A stretch of 64,000 bases of DNA from Polyangiaceae bacterium (GCA_044376115.1 JBILLK010000001.1:352001-416000); one strand, 5' to 3'. Shown: positions 54,359-64,000, numbered from the stretch's first letter. Numbers and translations: made by a program. Notes: generated by a model not told the origin, from the sequence alone.

Positions 54359-56655
54359 TGCGTGGAGATTGTTGCGGCTGGAAGATGACTCTCGCTAGCC
54401 CACGACTCAAACGCGGCAGCATCCATCGGAGTGGATAAGCCGGGTGACGTGCGAGGCCAGAATTGCAGCATCATGCAGAATATTACGGTCATTGCTGCGG
54501 TAGCAGCGGCGCGGACATAGCTGAAGGCCGTTACTTCTTGCTCTTGGATGTCGGGGAACAGCGAGATGAAGGCCCCTAGTATCATGATCGCAGCACCAAC
54601 CAGCAGCCAAACTGCGAGCGGGTTTACGTGCATCTGAAAGGTCGCCACCTTGGATTGTGGATCCACGTTGGCCAACGTTAGGTAGAGGTCATCGCGCAGC
54701 GTGATGTGCCGAGCAATCTCGGTGGACATCTGACCGCCCATCGACTTGTAGATGTTGCGCGCCGGGGTCAGCTTACCGACCAGTACACCGCGCTCGTACA
54801 CCTCAAGCTCAGCGATGATCGACATCTTCTCTTGGTCGGATTCGCGACGTGAGTCGAGGTAGCGCACGCTGTACACCTCGTCGACCTGGAAGGTCGAACC
54901 CTTCTCCATCGAGGTCTCCACGTCCTTCGTCCAAGCGCGACCCGCGAAGTGGAGATAGAGGAAGACGATCCCCACGTGCACGATGTAGCCGCCGTAACGA
55001 CGACGGGACTTGCCTACCAGGCGGAAGAGCGCACCCCAGAAGCCCTCGCTCTGATTGCGAGCCTTGGCGGCGGCTTTGCGAGCGCTGATACCCCGCGCAA
55101 ACTCTTGAATGACGACTGCGAGCTTGAAGGCCGAAAGGGATGTGACGACCAGCGGGAGCCACCCATTGATCAACGCCACTAATCGACCGACGTTGTGAAC
55201 CGTGACTGCACCGGCACGCTCGAGTGCGCTAGCTGAGATCACCTCGGGCATCGGGTAGATGTTGGGCATCTTCACGTAGGGCGGCATGCGCAACTTGCCA
55301 GCCAACGCGAAGTGCGCGACCGCTGCGACGCACAAGGCAACGGTGGGCCAGAAGAAGCTCTTTCGAAACAGCTCGGGGCTGGTTTTGCGCCAACCCAAGA
55401 GCGGCGCAACGCACATCAAGGCGAAGATCAGCACCAAAGGAACGGGCAACCAGAAGTTGTAGAAGGTGGGCCCAACCGCCGACTCGTAGTTGAGGAAGGC
55501 CTCGCTGATCATGGGCCAGGTGGTCGCGCAGGCGATGAAGGCGCAGCACCCGAGCAGCGCCCAGTTGTTCGCGAGGAACGCGGCCTCACGTGACATCACC
55601 GTCTCGAGCTGACCTTCACTCCGCAGAAGCGGCAGGCGCCACACGATGAGCCCCACCGAGAAAGCGATCAGGAAGCCGATGTACCAGATGAAGTAGGTGC
55701 CGATCCCGCTCTGAGCGAAGGAGTGAACGCTGGCGATTAGGCCCGAGCGCGTAAGGAAGGTGCCGAAGAACGTCAGAATGAAGGTCGCGCAAATCAAGAA
55801 GACGTTCCACACGCGCAGCATGCCGCGGCGCTCTTGGATCATCGTCGAGTGCACGTAGGCGCTCGCAGTCCACCAAGGCAGACAAGCCGCGTTTTCCACC
55901 GGATCCCAAGCCCAATCTCCGCCCCAGCCTAGCTCCTCGTAGGCCCACATCATGCCGAGGATGTTGCCGATCGAGAGCCACAGCCAAGAGAAGAGCATCC
56001 ACTTACGAGTTGCGTTGATCCACTCTGAATCGAGCCGGCCGGTGATCAGCGCTGAGACACAGAAGGCGAACGGGATCAGACAGCTGACGAACCCGATGTA
56101 GAGGCTCGGGGGATGGATGATCATGTAGAAGTTGCGGAGCTGGTAGTTCAGCCCCTGGCCGTCTGCGGGAGCGCCGCCAATGTTGGTGGCGAACGGGCTC
56201 ACGGCGAAGATCATCAAGATCGCGTCGAAGGCGATCACCGCCGAGAGCGTTGCGAGTACATACGGTTGAAGCTCGATGTAGCGACGGCCGAGCCACTTCA
56301 CGCAGATGCCAGCGAACAGCGCCGTGAGGAACAACCACCACAACCACGAGCCGTCTTGCCCGCCCCACAGAGCGACGATCTGGTAGGCCGTGGACATTCC
56401 CCGGTCGCTGTAGCGAGACACGTAGGAGAGCCGGAAATCGTTGCTAACGAAGGCGTACGCGAGCGTCAAAACCGCGACGCCGATCAAAGCTACCGTTCCG
56501 TAAGCTCCCTGACGCGCGGCCGACAGCAGCCTCGGTCTTCCTGCTCCGGCCGCGACCGAGACAGCGAAGGTGTACGCCGCCGCCACGAGGATGGCGTAGA
56601 GCACGGTGGTTCCGAACTCCGGAAGCGAAAACCAAGGAATACGAGGCAAGTTCAT
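54355..56655 (-). CDS. ccmF: Haem lyase CcmF/NrfE
   Basis: LWGGQDGS, HPP, WAYEELGWGGDWAWDPVENA and TRSG ... SVHSFA. Confidence 0.93.
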   Translation of the reverse strand: MNLPRIPWFSLPEFGTTVLYAILVAAAYTFAVSVAAGAGRPRLLSAARQGAYGTVALIGVAVLTLAYAFVSNDFRLSYVSRYSDRGMSTAYQIVALWGGQDGSWLWWLFLTALFAGICVKWLGRRYIELQPYVLATLSAVIAFDAILMIFAVSPFATNIGGAPADGQGLNYQLRNFYMIIHPPSLYIGFVSCLIPFAFCVSALITGRLDSEWINATRKWMLFSWLWLSIGNILGMMWAYEELGWGGDWAWDPVENAACLPWWTASAYVHSTMIQERRGMLRVWNVFLICATFILTFFGTFLTRSGLIASVHSFAQSGIGTYFIWYIGFLIAFSVGLIVWRLPLLRSEGQLETVMSREAAFLANNWALLGCCAFIACATTWPMISEAFLNYESAVGPTFYNFWLPVPLVLIFALMCVAPLLGWRKTSPELFRKSFFWPTVALCVAAVAHFALAGKLRMPPYVKMPNIYPMPEVISASALERAGAVTVHNVGRLVALINGWLPLVVTSLSAFKLAVVIQEFARGISARKAAAKARNQSEGFWGALFRLVGKSRRRYGGYIVHVGIVFLYLHFAGRAWTKDVETSMEKGSTFQVDEVYSVRYLDSRRESDQEKMSIIAELEVYERGVLVGKLTPARNIYKSMGGQMSTEIARHITLRDDLYLTLANVDPQSKVATFQMHVNPLAVWLLVGAAIMILGAFISLFPDIQEQEVTAFSYVRAAATAAMTVIFCMMLQFWPRTSPGLSTPMDAAAFESWASESHLPAATISTQ

Positions 56656-56781
56656 CGGGGTTCCCAAGCTTAGGGTGGGAGTCGAGCGAAAGCACGGCGG
56701 AAACTGGCCTTGACCCGCGTCCTCTACGGGCCCAAAGACCAAGCGGAGCTATACTCTGGGCGGCAGCCGAGGAGAAACCCA

Positions 56782-58047
56782 GTGACGTCAGGTGAACGCG
56801 AGCACAGCGACGGCGACCTCATCTTTGATTGGAACGAGGTCGGGCGCAAAGGCCGGCTCTTTCCTGACAATCTCACGTTCTTCGACGAAACGCTGCGGGA
56901 TGGCCTGCAGAACCCGAGCGTCACCGACCCGAACATCGAGCAGAAGCTGAAGCTGATCCACTTGATGGACCAGATCGGCATCCACGTAGCGGACATCGGG
57001 CTGCCGGGCAGCTCCAAGCGCGCCTTCGACGACGTGCTGCGCATGTGCCGAGAAATCACCGACAACAAGCTGAAGCTTCGCGTCGCCTGCGCTGGGCGCA
57101 CGGTCGTCTCCGACATCACCCCGATGATCGAGATCTCCCAGCGCGCGGGCATCCCGGTCGAGGTTTACGCCTTCATCGGCTCGAGCCCGATTCGGCAATT
57201 CGCCGAAAACTGGGACATCGACACGATCGCCAAGAAGTCCGCCGAGGCGATCGACGTGGCGGTGAAGGCCGGCCTCGAGGTCGCCTACGTGACCGAAGAC
57301 ACGACGCGCTCCCGGCCCGATTCGCTTGCGCACTTGTTCAAGAACGCCATCGACCACGGCGCCACCCGACTCTGCCTTTGCGACACCGTCGGCCACTCCA
57401 CGCCGGACGGCGTGCGCAATTTGATCGGCTTCACCAAGAGCATCGTCGCCGGCATGGGAGCTTCCGTTGGCATCGACTGGCACGGTCACAACGACCGCGG
57501 CCTCGCTTTGGTGAACGCGATTATGGCGCTCGAGTGGGGAGCGGATCGCGTGCACGGCACGGCGTTGGGCATCGGCGAGCGGGTCGGCAATGCGGCCATG
57601 GAGCTCATCCTGCTGAACCTCAAGCTCTTGCATCAGCTCGAACATCAAGATCTGACGCACTTACTCGAGTACTGTCGCGTCGCGGCGGAAGCGGTCGAAT
57701 GGGACGTGCCCATCAACTACCCGCTGGTCGGCAGTGATGCCTTCCGCACCGCAACCGGCGTTCATGCTGCGGCCATCATCAAAGCCGAGGGCAAAGGGGA
57801 CGCGTGGCTCGCCGACCGCATCTACAGCGGTGTGCCCGCGGGAATGTTCGGGCGCCGCCAAGAGATTTGTATTGGCTATATGTCGGGCGCCTCCAACGTC
57901 AATTACTGGCTGCGGGCGCGCAAGATCGAGCCCTCCAAAGCGCTGGTGGACGCCATCCTCGCGAAGGCCAAAACCACACAACACAACCTCGCGGAGGAAG
58001 AGATTCTCGCTGTCGTACGTGAGGTGAACAACTCTCAGCCAAGTTGA
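56782..58047 (+). CDS. leuA: 2-isopropylmalate synthase-like DRE-TIM enzyme without allosteric domain
   Basis: DETLRDGLQ, HGHNDRG and GERVGN; GAGGAG RBS before GTG 56782; substrate uncertain. Confidence 0.6.
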   Translation: MTSGEREHSDGDLIFDWNEVGRKGRLFPDNLTFFDETLRDGLQNPSVTDPNIEQKLKLIHLMDQIGIHVADIGLPGSSKRAFDDVLRMCREITDNKLKLRVACAGRTVVSDITPMIEISQRAGIPVEVYAFIGSSPIRQFAENWDIDTIAKKSAEAIDVAVKAGLEVAYVTEDTTRSRPDSLAHLFKNAIDHGATRLCLCDTVGHSTPDGVRNLIGFTKSIVAGMGASVGIDWHGHNDRGLALVNAIMALEWGADRVHGTALGIGERVGNAAMELILLNLKLLHQLEHQDLTHLLEYCRVAAEAVEWDVPINYPLVGSDAFRTATGVHAAAIIKAEGKGDAWLADRIYSGVPAGMFGRRQEICIGYMSGASNVNYWLRARKIEPSKALVDAILAKAKTTQHNLAEEEILAVVREVNNSQPS

Positions 58048-58077
58048 TTGTTGTCGCTCGCATTGGGCTCGTCCGCG

Positions 58078-61047
58078 ATGAAAGTTAGCCAGCCGCGCCC
58101 ACCGAAGTTGTGGGAACGCGGAATCGATGTCCTGCTCGTCAGCGTCGCAACGCTGATTTGCCTGCTGTTCACCGCGCAGCTTTTTGACACTCGCTTCGTG
58201 CGCGCGCCCAAGCTCGCTCCCACGGCTGTCGTCTTGAACGGCAGTGGGTCACTGACCGTTCGTACGATTGATGCGGAAGGGCGTGGCTTTGCTGGGGCCG
58301 TCATCCGCCTCTTCTTCGTAGCGCAAACGGGAGCGGTCTCCTTTGCAGGAGAACGTTGGGGCGAGACCGACACGGGCGTTCGATTCGAGCAGGTCCCGCA
58401 GGGAGAGCTTTGGGTCGTCGGGTATGGTGAAGGAAAGGCGCGCGCGACGGCGCGTGTGACCTTGGGGCTCGAAGAAAAGAGCGTCACCTTGCAAATGCTC
58501 GAAGCGCATTCGCTCGACGTGAAGGTGGTGGACGACGAAGGCAAGCCGCTGGCCTTCGCCGAGATCGAAGCGCGGGGCAGTGAGACGGTTGCCCATCGCT
58601 TGACCACTGACGAACAGGGGATCGCGCATTTCGACCGCTTGCAAGCCCCACCGTGGAGCGTGAGCGCCGGTGGAAACGGCTTTGAGCCCGCCTCCAAAGT
58701 TGGGGTCTATCCCGAGCAAGAGCCGCTGCTATTCAAGCTCGAACGGCTGGGCGGCTTTGAGATCCACGTCGTCGATGTGGACGGTGAGCCAGCCGCGATG
58801 GCGGACGTGATGATCTCAGGACCTGGCCTGTGGCCCGCGCGTATGACGCAAACCGACGCGCAGGGGAACGTCGTAATCAGCGGTCTTTATGGCGGCATCT
58901 ACGATCTGAAGGCCAAGCTCGACGACAAGGTATCGGCGACGGCGATGAGCGTGCTTTTGCCCAAAGGCAAGACGATCGAGCAGACGCTCAAGCTCGAAGA
59001 GGGCCGCTATGTGGTGGTCACCGTGACCGACGGCCCGATGCGCGCCGACGGCGTCGACCCGCGACCCGTGGAAGACGCAGGCGTACTCGTGGTGGAGGAC
59101 GGCTTGTCCGCGTTCCCACTTGAAGCGCGTACCGGCAAACTTGGCGTGGCGATCGTTGGGCCGCTGAGCGGAAGCGAGCTCACCGTCTCGGCGCGCGCGC
59201 AAGGCTTCGTACCGCGCACGGCGACGCCGGAAGACGTGCTCGACGACCGCATCACGATCCCGCTATTGCGCGGTGGCACCATCCTCGGTGAGGTTCGCGA
59301 CGCGCGCGGGTTCCCTGTCGACGGCGCGACGATCGAGGTCTTCGGCACCGACCTCGACGGCATGCCGATTCATGAGACCTCCGACCGCTCGAGCTTCGGG
59401 GAGGACCTCTTCACCTTCAGCTTGCAAGGTCCTGTGCCGCTGCTGCCGCGCGGTGAGCTCGGAGTCATGCCTGGACCGGTACCACCGATTCCCCATGCTT
59501 CTTCGACCTTGATCAATGACGAGCCGAGCTCGGTGCTCGCGCCCTGGGTGAGCGACGGGTTCGGTGAGTTCAAGGCCACGCCGGTTACGCCGGGTCGCGT
59601 GCAAGTGTTGGTGCGCCATCCCGAGTACACCGAGTATCTCAGCGACGTGCTCAGCATCGAATCCGGCGGTGAAGTGCGGCTCAAAGTCGTGCTCAAGCCT
59701 GGCGGCTTTCTCGAAGGGCGCGTGGTCGAGGAAGACCGTTTTGCGGTCGTGGGCGCGCGCATCGAGATCGCAGCGCTAGCCGGTACACATCAAGAACTGA
59801 CCTACACCAACGACGACGGCGTCTTCTCTGCAGCCGGACTTCCCGAGATGGTGCTGGTCACGGTGTATCGCGGCGACTCACTCGGTGAAGTCGCCGCGCG
59901 GCTCGAAGTGGCGATCGAACCGGAGCAACGCAAGCGCATCGAAATCACGCTACCGCGCGTGCGCGAATCGTCGACCTTCCGTTTCGTCGATGCCTTCGGC
60001 GCACCGGTCTCGCGAGCCGAGGTTCGAGTGCAATCGCTCGACCTTCAAACTGTGCTGGTCCGCACCCTATTCACCGATGAAGACGGCTCTGTCGAGGTGC
60101 CGAACGCGCGCGGATTGCCGCTTCGTTTAGTGGTCGAGCGTCCGAGTTTTGCGACCTACTTCGATACGCTGCAGGCGGCGGAGGCCAAGCATCAGTTCAC
60201 GTTGCAGGCCGGCCGCACCTTGCGTGGCTACATCACAGCGGGTGAAGGTCGTGTCAAAGTCGAGGGCGCCGCGATCACTCTGTACACGCTCGGCGCGGTG
60301 CATCACCTCGTCAGCGACGAAGAGGGCCTGTTTGAGCAGGGAGATCTTGCGGTGGGCCGCATTCGAATCGTGGTTCGACACGAGGAGTACGCAAAGAGCG
60401 AACTTGTGGTGGCGTTCGAGGGAGACGCTTCGCGGCCGATCGAGCTCGAGACGATCGATCTCCTTCCCGCTGGAACGGTCGAGGGCACGGTGATCGATGA
60501 CGCCGGCAACTCGATCGTGGGAGCGCGCGTTGGTCTCGACGCCGTACCGACGTATCTCCCACCGGGTCGCCTCCCGCTCGAGCTCGCCCAAACCGATGCC
60601 GACGGTCGCTTCACCTTGAAGGGCCTTCCCGAGCGCCTGTGCGAGCTGGAGGCCTACAGCCCCGAACTCGGCCGCGGGCGCGTGAAGGATGTCGACGTGC
60701 GCGCTGGTCGTATCACGCGCCGCGTGACCATCGTGATTCCGCCGCAAGAGTACGCGCCACGTAAGATCCTCACCGCAGGCTCGGTCGCGCTGACGTTGGC
60801 CGAACGTTCGGGCAAAGTCGTCGTGCTGAACGTACCCGACGGTGGACAAGCCGAGCTTGCCGGTATGGAGCCGCAAGATCAATTGCTGACCATCGGCGCC
60901 AAGCCGATCGACTCGATCGAGACCGCGCGCGACAAGCTCAGTGGCCCATTGAGCGAGGACACCATCGTCGAACTGTTGCGCCCGATGCCGAGCGGCGAAC
61001 CGATCCCGATCACGCTACGCGTTCGGCGTGAGAGCGTGCGGCGCTGA
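58078..61047 (+). CDS. Membrane-anchored protein with carboxypeptidase-regulatory-like repeats and C-terminal PDZ domain
   Basis: Repeated G.V.D..G.P..GA ... TD..G.F units; GGQAELAGMEPQDQLLTI PDZ-like end. Confidence 0.8.
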   Translation: MKVSQPRPPKLWERGIDVLLVSVATLICLLFTAQLFDTRFVRAPKLAPTAVVLNGSGSLTVRTIDAEGRGFAGAVIRLFFVAQTGAVSFAGERWGETDTGVRFEQVPQGELWVVGYGEGKARATARVTLGLEEKSVTLQMLEAHSLDVKVVDDEGKPLAFAEIEARGSETVAHRLTTDEQGIAHFDRLQAPPWSVSAGGNGFEPASKVGVYPEQEPLLFKLERLGGFEIHVVDVDGEPAAMADVMISGPGLWPARMTQTDAQGNVVISGLYGGIYDLKAKLDDKVSATAMSVLLPKGKTIEQTLKLEEGRYVVVTVTDGPMRADGVDPRPVEDAGVLVVEDGLSAFPLEARTGKLGVAIVGPLSGSELTVSARAQGFVPRTATPEDVLDDRITIPLLRGGTILGEVRDARGFPVDGATIEVFGTDLDGMPIHETSDRSSFGEDLFTFSLQGPVPLLPRGELGVMPGPVPPIPHASSTLINDEPSSVLAPWVSDGFGEFKATPVTPGRVQVLVRHPEYTEYLSDVLSIESGGEVRLKVVLKPGGFLEGRVVEEDRFAVVGARIEIAALAGTHQELTYTNDDGVFSAAGLPEMVLVTVYRGDSLGEVAARLEVAIEPEQRKRIEITLPRVRESSTFRFVDAFGAPVSRAEVRVQSLDLQTVLVRTLFTDEDGSVEVPNARGLPLRLVVERPSFATYFDTLQAAEAKHQFTLQAGRTLRGYITAGEGRVKVEGAAITLYTLGAVHHLVSDEEGLFEQGDLAVGRIRIVVRHEEYAKSELVVAFEGDASRPIELETIDLLPAGTVEGTVIDDAGNSIVGARVGLDAVPTYLPPGRLPLELAQTDADGRFTLKGLPERLCELEAYSPELGRGRVKDVDVRAGRITRRVTIVIPPQEYAPRKILTAGSVALTLAERSGKVVVLNVPDGGQAELAGMEPQDQLLTIGAKPIDSIETARDKLSGPLSEDTIVELLRPMPSGEPIPITLRVRRESVRR

Positions 61048-61048
61048 G

Positions 61049-62419
61049 ATGAGGAGCTCGCTCGCGGCGACGTTTGCGTACCTGTGGCTGGGTTGCTCCG
61101 CGGTTTCTCCACCTGCACCGACGACCACGCAGCGCGCCCCGGAGCCCGTCGCTGAGCCTGCTCCGCCGTGGTCCGACGCTTGGCTGCTCGAGCAAGGTCA
61201 GAGCTTTCTTCACGACGACCTCGCGCGACGCCAAGCACTGGAGCAATCGCTCAGCAACCCGGAGAACCTGTACTCGCGGCAGCGGCTCAACTCCTACGGA
61301 CACGTGCGGTACGGCTGGGACCTGCTGCCCGAGTGGAACCCTCGCTCAAAGCGCGTTGACGGCGCCATGGCTCATTCGCTCGAGCTGGACACGGTTCCGG
61401 CGATCCCGCGTGACCATGCGCCGCTTTGGGACGGCCAAGTCCCAACCACGATGGCGGGCTGGGTGGCCCTGGGCGAGCGCGTCTTCTTCGAGTTCCCGAT
61501 GCGCGCGGAGGTGTTCGCCGAGTTCGCGCTGACCCAACCGAAGCTCGCCGAGGCCGTGGGGCTCGAACGCACGAGCGATGGGGAGGTACCTGGCTTGGTG
61601 ATCTTCACCGACATCGACGGCCAAAGCCGCGTAGGAATCACCTGCGCGCTGTGCCACTCCGCCGTCCACGATGGCGAGCTGGTGGTGGGTGCGGCGCGGC
61701 GTCGCTTTGACTACGGCCGGCTGCGACTCGCTTTCTTTGACGAATACGGCGTTGCGGTCGAGCCCAGTATGGCGCGCCGTCTAGCGAGCTGGGGCCCTGG
61801 GCGCGCCGACGTTACCGAGGACGACGACGAAGATCCGGTGGCGATCCCTGATTTGTGGGGCCTTCGAGCGCAGCGCTGGCTCACGCAAGCCGGGACGATT
61901 CGACACCAGAGCCCGCTGGCTTTGGCCATTCGCCAAGAGACCCAACTAACCGATTCGAACCATCTAAAGGTACGCCCGCCGCGTGAGCTCGCGTGGGCGC
62001 TGGCGATGTACGTCTATTCGCTGGAGCCGCAGGCGCGCCCGCAACCACCGGCCACCTCCGACCTCGCCCGCGGCCGCGCGCTCTTTGCTTCCGAGTGCCA
62101 TAGTTGTCACGCCAATGCAGCGTACGGAGGAGCTCCGCTGCCCGCCGAGCTCGTTGGGACAGACGCATCGCTTGCGACAGGCCGTGGACGCGGGACCGGC
62201 TCGTACCGTGTGCCGTCGCTGCTGGCGGTTGGAGCGGGTGCGCCTTACTTGCATGACGGCTCAATCGCTTCACTCGAGGAGCTGCTCTCGCCAGAACGTC
62301 TCGCGCCCCACTACGCAGCTGGCCTACTGGGGCCAGGCGCCGTGAGAGGTCATGAGGCCGGTACACAGCTTTCGGTCAGCGACCGCAAGGCGTTACTGGC
62401 GTTCCTCGCTACGCTGTAG
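61049..62419 (+). CDS. Di-haem c-type cytochrome lipoprotein (bCcP/MauG/RoxA-like C-terminus)
   Basis: Lipobox WLGC; CALCH and CHSCH; YRVPSL ... APYLHDGS. Confidence 0.75.
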   Translation: MRSSLAATFAYLWLGCSAVSPPAPTTTQRAPEPVAEPAPPWSDAWLLEQGQSFLHDDLARRQALEQSLSNPENLYSRQRLNSYGHVRYGWDLLPEWNPRSKRVDGAMAHSLELDTVPAIPRDHAPLWDGQVPTTMAGWVALGERVFFEFPMRAEVFAEFALTQPKLAEAVGLERTSDGEVPGLVIFTDIDGQSRVGITCALCHSAVHDGELVVGAARRRFDYGRLRLAFFDEYGVAVEPSMARRLASWGPGRADVTEDDDEDPVAIPDLWGLRAQRWLTQAGTIRHQSPLALAIRQETQLTDSNHLKVRPPRELAWALAMYVYSLEPQARPQPPATSDLARGRALFASECHSCHANAAYGGAPLPAELVGTDASLATGRGRGTGSYRVPSLLAVGAGAPYLHDGSIASLEELLSPERLAPHYAAGLLGPGAVRGHEAGTQLSVSDRKALLAFLATL

Positions 62420-62433
62420 CGTCAGTCGGACGG

Positions 62434-63042
62434 CTAGGTTTCGACGTCTGCCGGGAGGATTGTTTCGGCGAAGACGGTCGCCTGCTTACTCAACGTATGT
62501 TTGGTTCCACCCACCGAGACAACAGCCTTTACCTTGTAAACACTAACCTGAAGCTCATAAACGCTTCCGAGCGACGCATGGCCCAGTGCGTAGCTCACGG
62601 ACAACTGTTGGTTGGGTGCGACTTGTTGGTTCCACGGTACGTAGCTGCCATTCGACCAAATCATAGGCTCCCGTGGGACCATCTCGCCAATCAAGCGGTC
62701 CGCCTCGTCGAACACCTCGACCTTCTCGATACGAAGTTCGCTCGGTAGGCCACCCGCTTGCGAAGTAACCGACAGCTGCATTGCTGTTTGCCGGCAAGCG
62801 CTCTCACCGCGTGGGATAGACCGTTTGCTCTCCCCTTGAAACTCCTGATCAGCCATCGCAGTTGGCAAGACAGGCACAGGGTTGGAGCCGCAGTCCTCAC
62901 CCAACTTGACGGAGGCCATCACCACCGTGACGTTGGCTGGCCCAACCTCGGGAACCTCAGGGGTGCGCGGCTTTACATCCCCGCTGCAGCCAAGCAAAGC
63001 CAACCCGACAGCTGACGTAGAGAGCCCGCGCACAAAGACCAT
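62434..63042 (-). CDS. Hypothetical lipoprotein, paralog of the upstream gene
   Basis: Lipobox LLGC; aligns by eye with 63080..63781. Confidence 0.7.
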   Translation of the reverse strand: MVFVRGLSTSAVGLALLGCSGDVKPRTPEVPEVGPANVTVVMASVKLGEDCGSNPVPVLPTAMADQEFQGESKRSIPRGESACRQTAMQLSVTSQAGGLPSELRIEKVEVFDEADRLIGEMVPREPMIWSNGSYVPWNQQVAPNQQLSVSYALGHASLGSVYELQVSVYKVKAVVSVGGTKHTLSKQATVFAETILPADVET

Positions 63043-63079
63043 AGGACAAACTACCACGCGCAGCTTCCGCCGAAGCCGC

Positions 63080-63781
63080 TCAGGTCTTCACCATCGGGGA
63101 CAGACTCGAACCCCCAGACAGATAGATGTCTTTGCTCAGCGGTCGTTCGATCCCACCCACGCTGACCACCGCCTTCACCGTGTAACTCTTGTTGAACCGG
63201 TCAGCGGCCCAGACAGGTTGGGTCATCGAATACGTCACCGAGAGCTTCGAACCCGAGGGCACCTTCTCATCCCACGGCGCGTAGACACCTGCGTCTGGCT
63301 GCCAAACGTTGGGTGCGCTGGTCTTCAGCACCCCAAGCGACTTGCCCTTCTCATCGAAGATCTCCACCACTTTGATCGTGAGTTGCGCAGGCGCAGTACC
63401 AGGCTCAGCGCTGATCGAGAGCTGAAGCGAAGTCTGCTCACAAGCGCGCTTGTGCTTCGCGCTCTTGTCCGCCTTTCTTTCGACCTCGACGATGGCCTTC
63501 TTACCGAGCTGCGGCGCAGGCAGGCTCGAGGGCGCCCCACCACATTCATCGGCCAGGGTGACGGCGGTCATTACGACTTCCACCTTGGGTGCGGCGACGG
63601 GAGCGCTGGCGGTGGCGCTGACCGAAGCGCTATTCGAAGCAGTAGGCGCTGCTTGCGACTCGACGACAACCGACGCCGACGCCGGAGGTGTATCCGGCCT
63701 TTCAAGGATTGGCTCTTGGGTCGGTGTTGCGGACGCACAACCAGCAAGAGCGAACGCACAAAGAGTAACGCGAAGTCTCAT
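63080..63781 (-). CDS. Hypothetical lipoprotein
   Basis: Lipobox LAGC, Ala/Ser/Pro linker and a shared beta-rich domain. Confidence 0.75.
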   Translation of the reverse strand: MRLRVTLCAFALAGCASATPTQEPILERPDTPPASASVVVESQAAPTASNSASVSATASAPVAAPKVEVVMTAVTLADECGGAPSSLPAPQLGKKAIVEVERKADKSAKHKRACEQTSLQLSISAEPGTAPAQLTIKVVEIFDEKGKSLGVLKTSAPNVWQPDAGVYAPWDEKVPSGSKLSVTYSMTQPVWAADRFNKSYTVKAVVSVGGIERPLSKDIYLSGGSSLSPMVKT

Positions 63782-63853
63782 GAGGGCAGGCTAGCTCAAG
63801 TGAGGGACATGGTCGCTGAGCGCTCCCCAGCGCGATCAGCGACCGGCCGTCGA

Positions 63854-64000
63854 CTACTCGCGACGCAGCATGATTTCGGCCCCGCCCTTGAGCGTCCAGG
63901 CGAGCCGACCATCCTCGGTGAAGCGCATGCGCGTGCGATCCTCGACGCCTTCGGGACGCTTGAAGACGAGCTCCATGTCGTTGCCTTCGGCTCGGGCCAC
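63854..64000 (-). CDS. 3' end of a gene entering from beyond the window
   Basis: Open frame ...VARAEGNDMELVFKRPEGVEDRTRMRFTEDGRLAWTLKGGAEIMLRRE-stop with GC-rich third positions. Confidence 0.55.
   Translation of the reverse strand: MARAEGNDMELVFKRPEGVEDRTRMRFTEDGRLAWTLKGGAEIMLRRE

Overview
GC-rich, very compact bacterial chromosome segment. Three Hanks-type Ser/Thr kinases, PEGA and PDZ surface proteins, many Cys- and Gly-rich lipoproteins and a ccm operon suggest Myxococcota, probably Polyangia (inference from gene style). From left to right: (1) 1-14 kb, a surface polysaccharide locus (Wzy-like protein, four glycosyltransferases, gmd, epimerase, FkbM methyltransferase, extended WecA, fused WbpD/WbpE-like acetyltransferase-aminotransferase, GT-C transferase); (2) secG, two tandem CVFDPQPDPP/Gly-repeat lipoproteins behind a sigma54-like promoter, yggS, rarA, hpt; (3) an 11-kb six-gene signalling operon (kinase-HEAT fusion, degenerate HD-GYP protein, two Cys-module lipoproteins, kinase-PEGA, PEGA protein); (4) DUF350, orphan oppD/oppF, plsB, orphan DNA methyltransferase, capA-family gene, GST, kinase, clpB; (5) mntP, a lipoprotein with nine knottin-like repeats, an HMA lipoprotein, cinA, FAH, an extended ccmF-ccmH-ccmI-like operon, short leuA, PDZ protein, di-haem cytochrome c and two paralogous lipoproteins. 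I recognised no rRNA, tRNA, CRISPR array, transposase or integrase. The best candidates for undescribed biology are the kinase-HEAT/pseudo-HD-GYP operon, the DPQPDPP lipoprotein pair, the poly-knottin lipoprotein and the extended ccm operon. All calls come from motif reading by eye, with no database search, and novelty is unverified.
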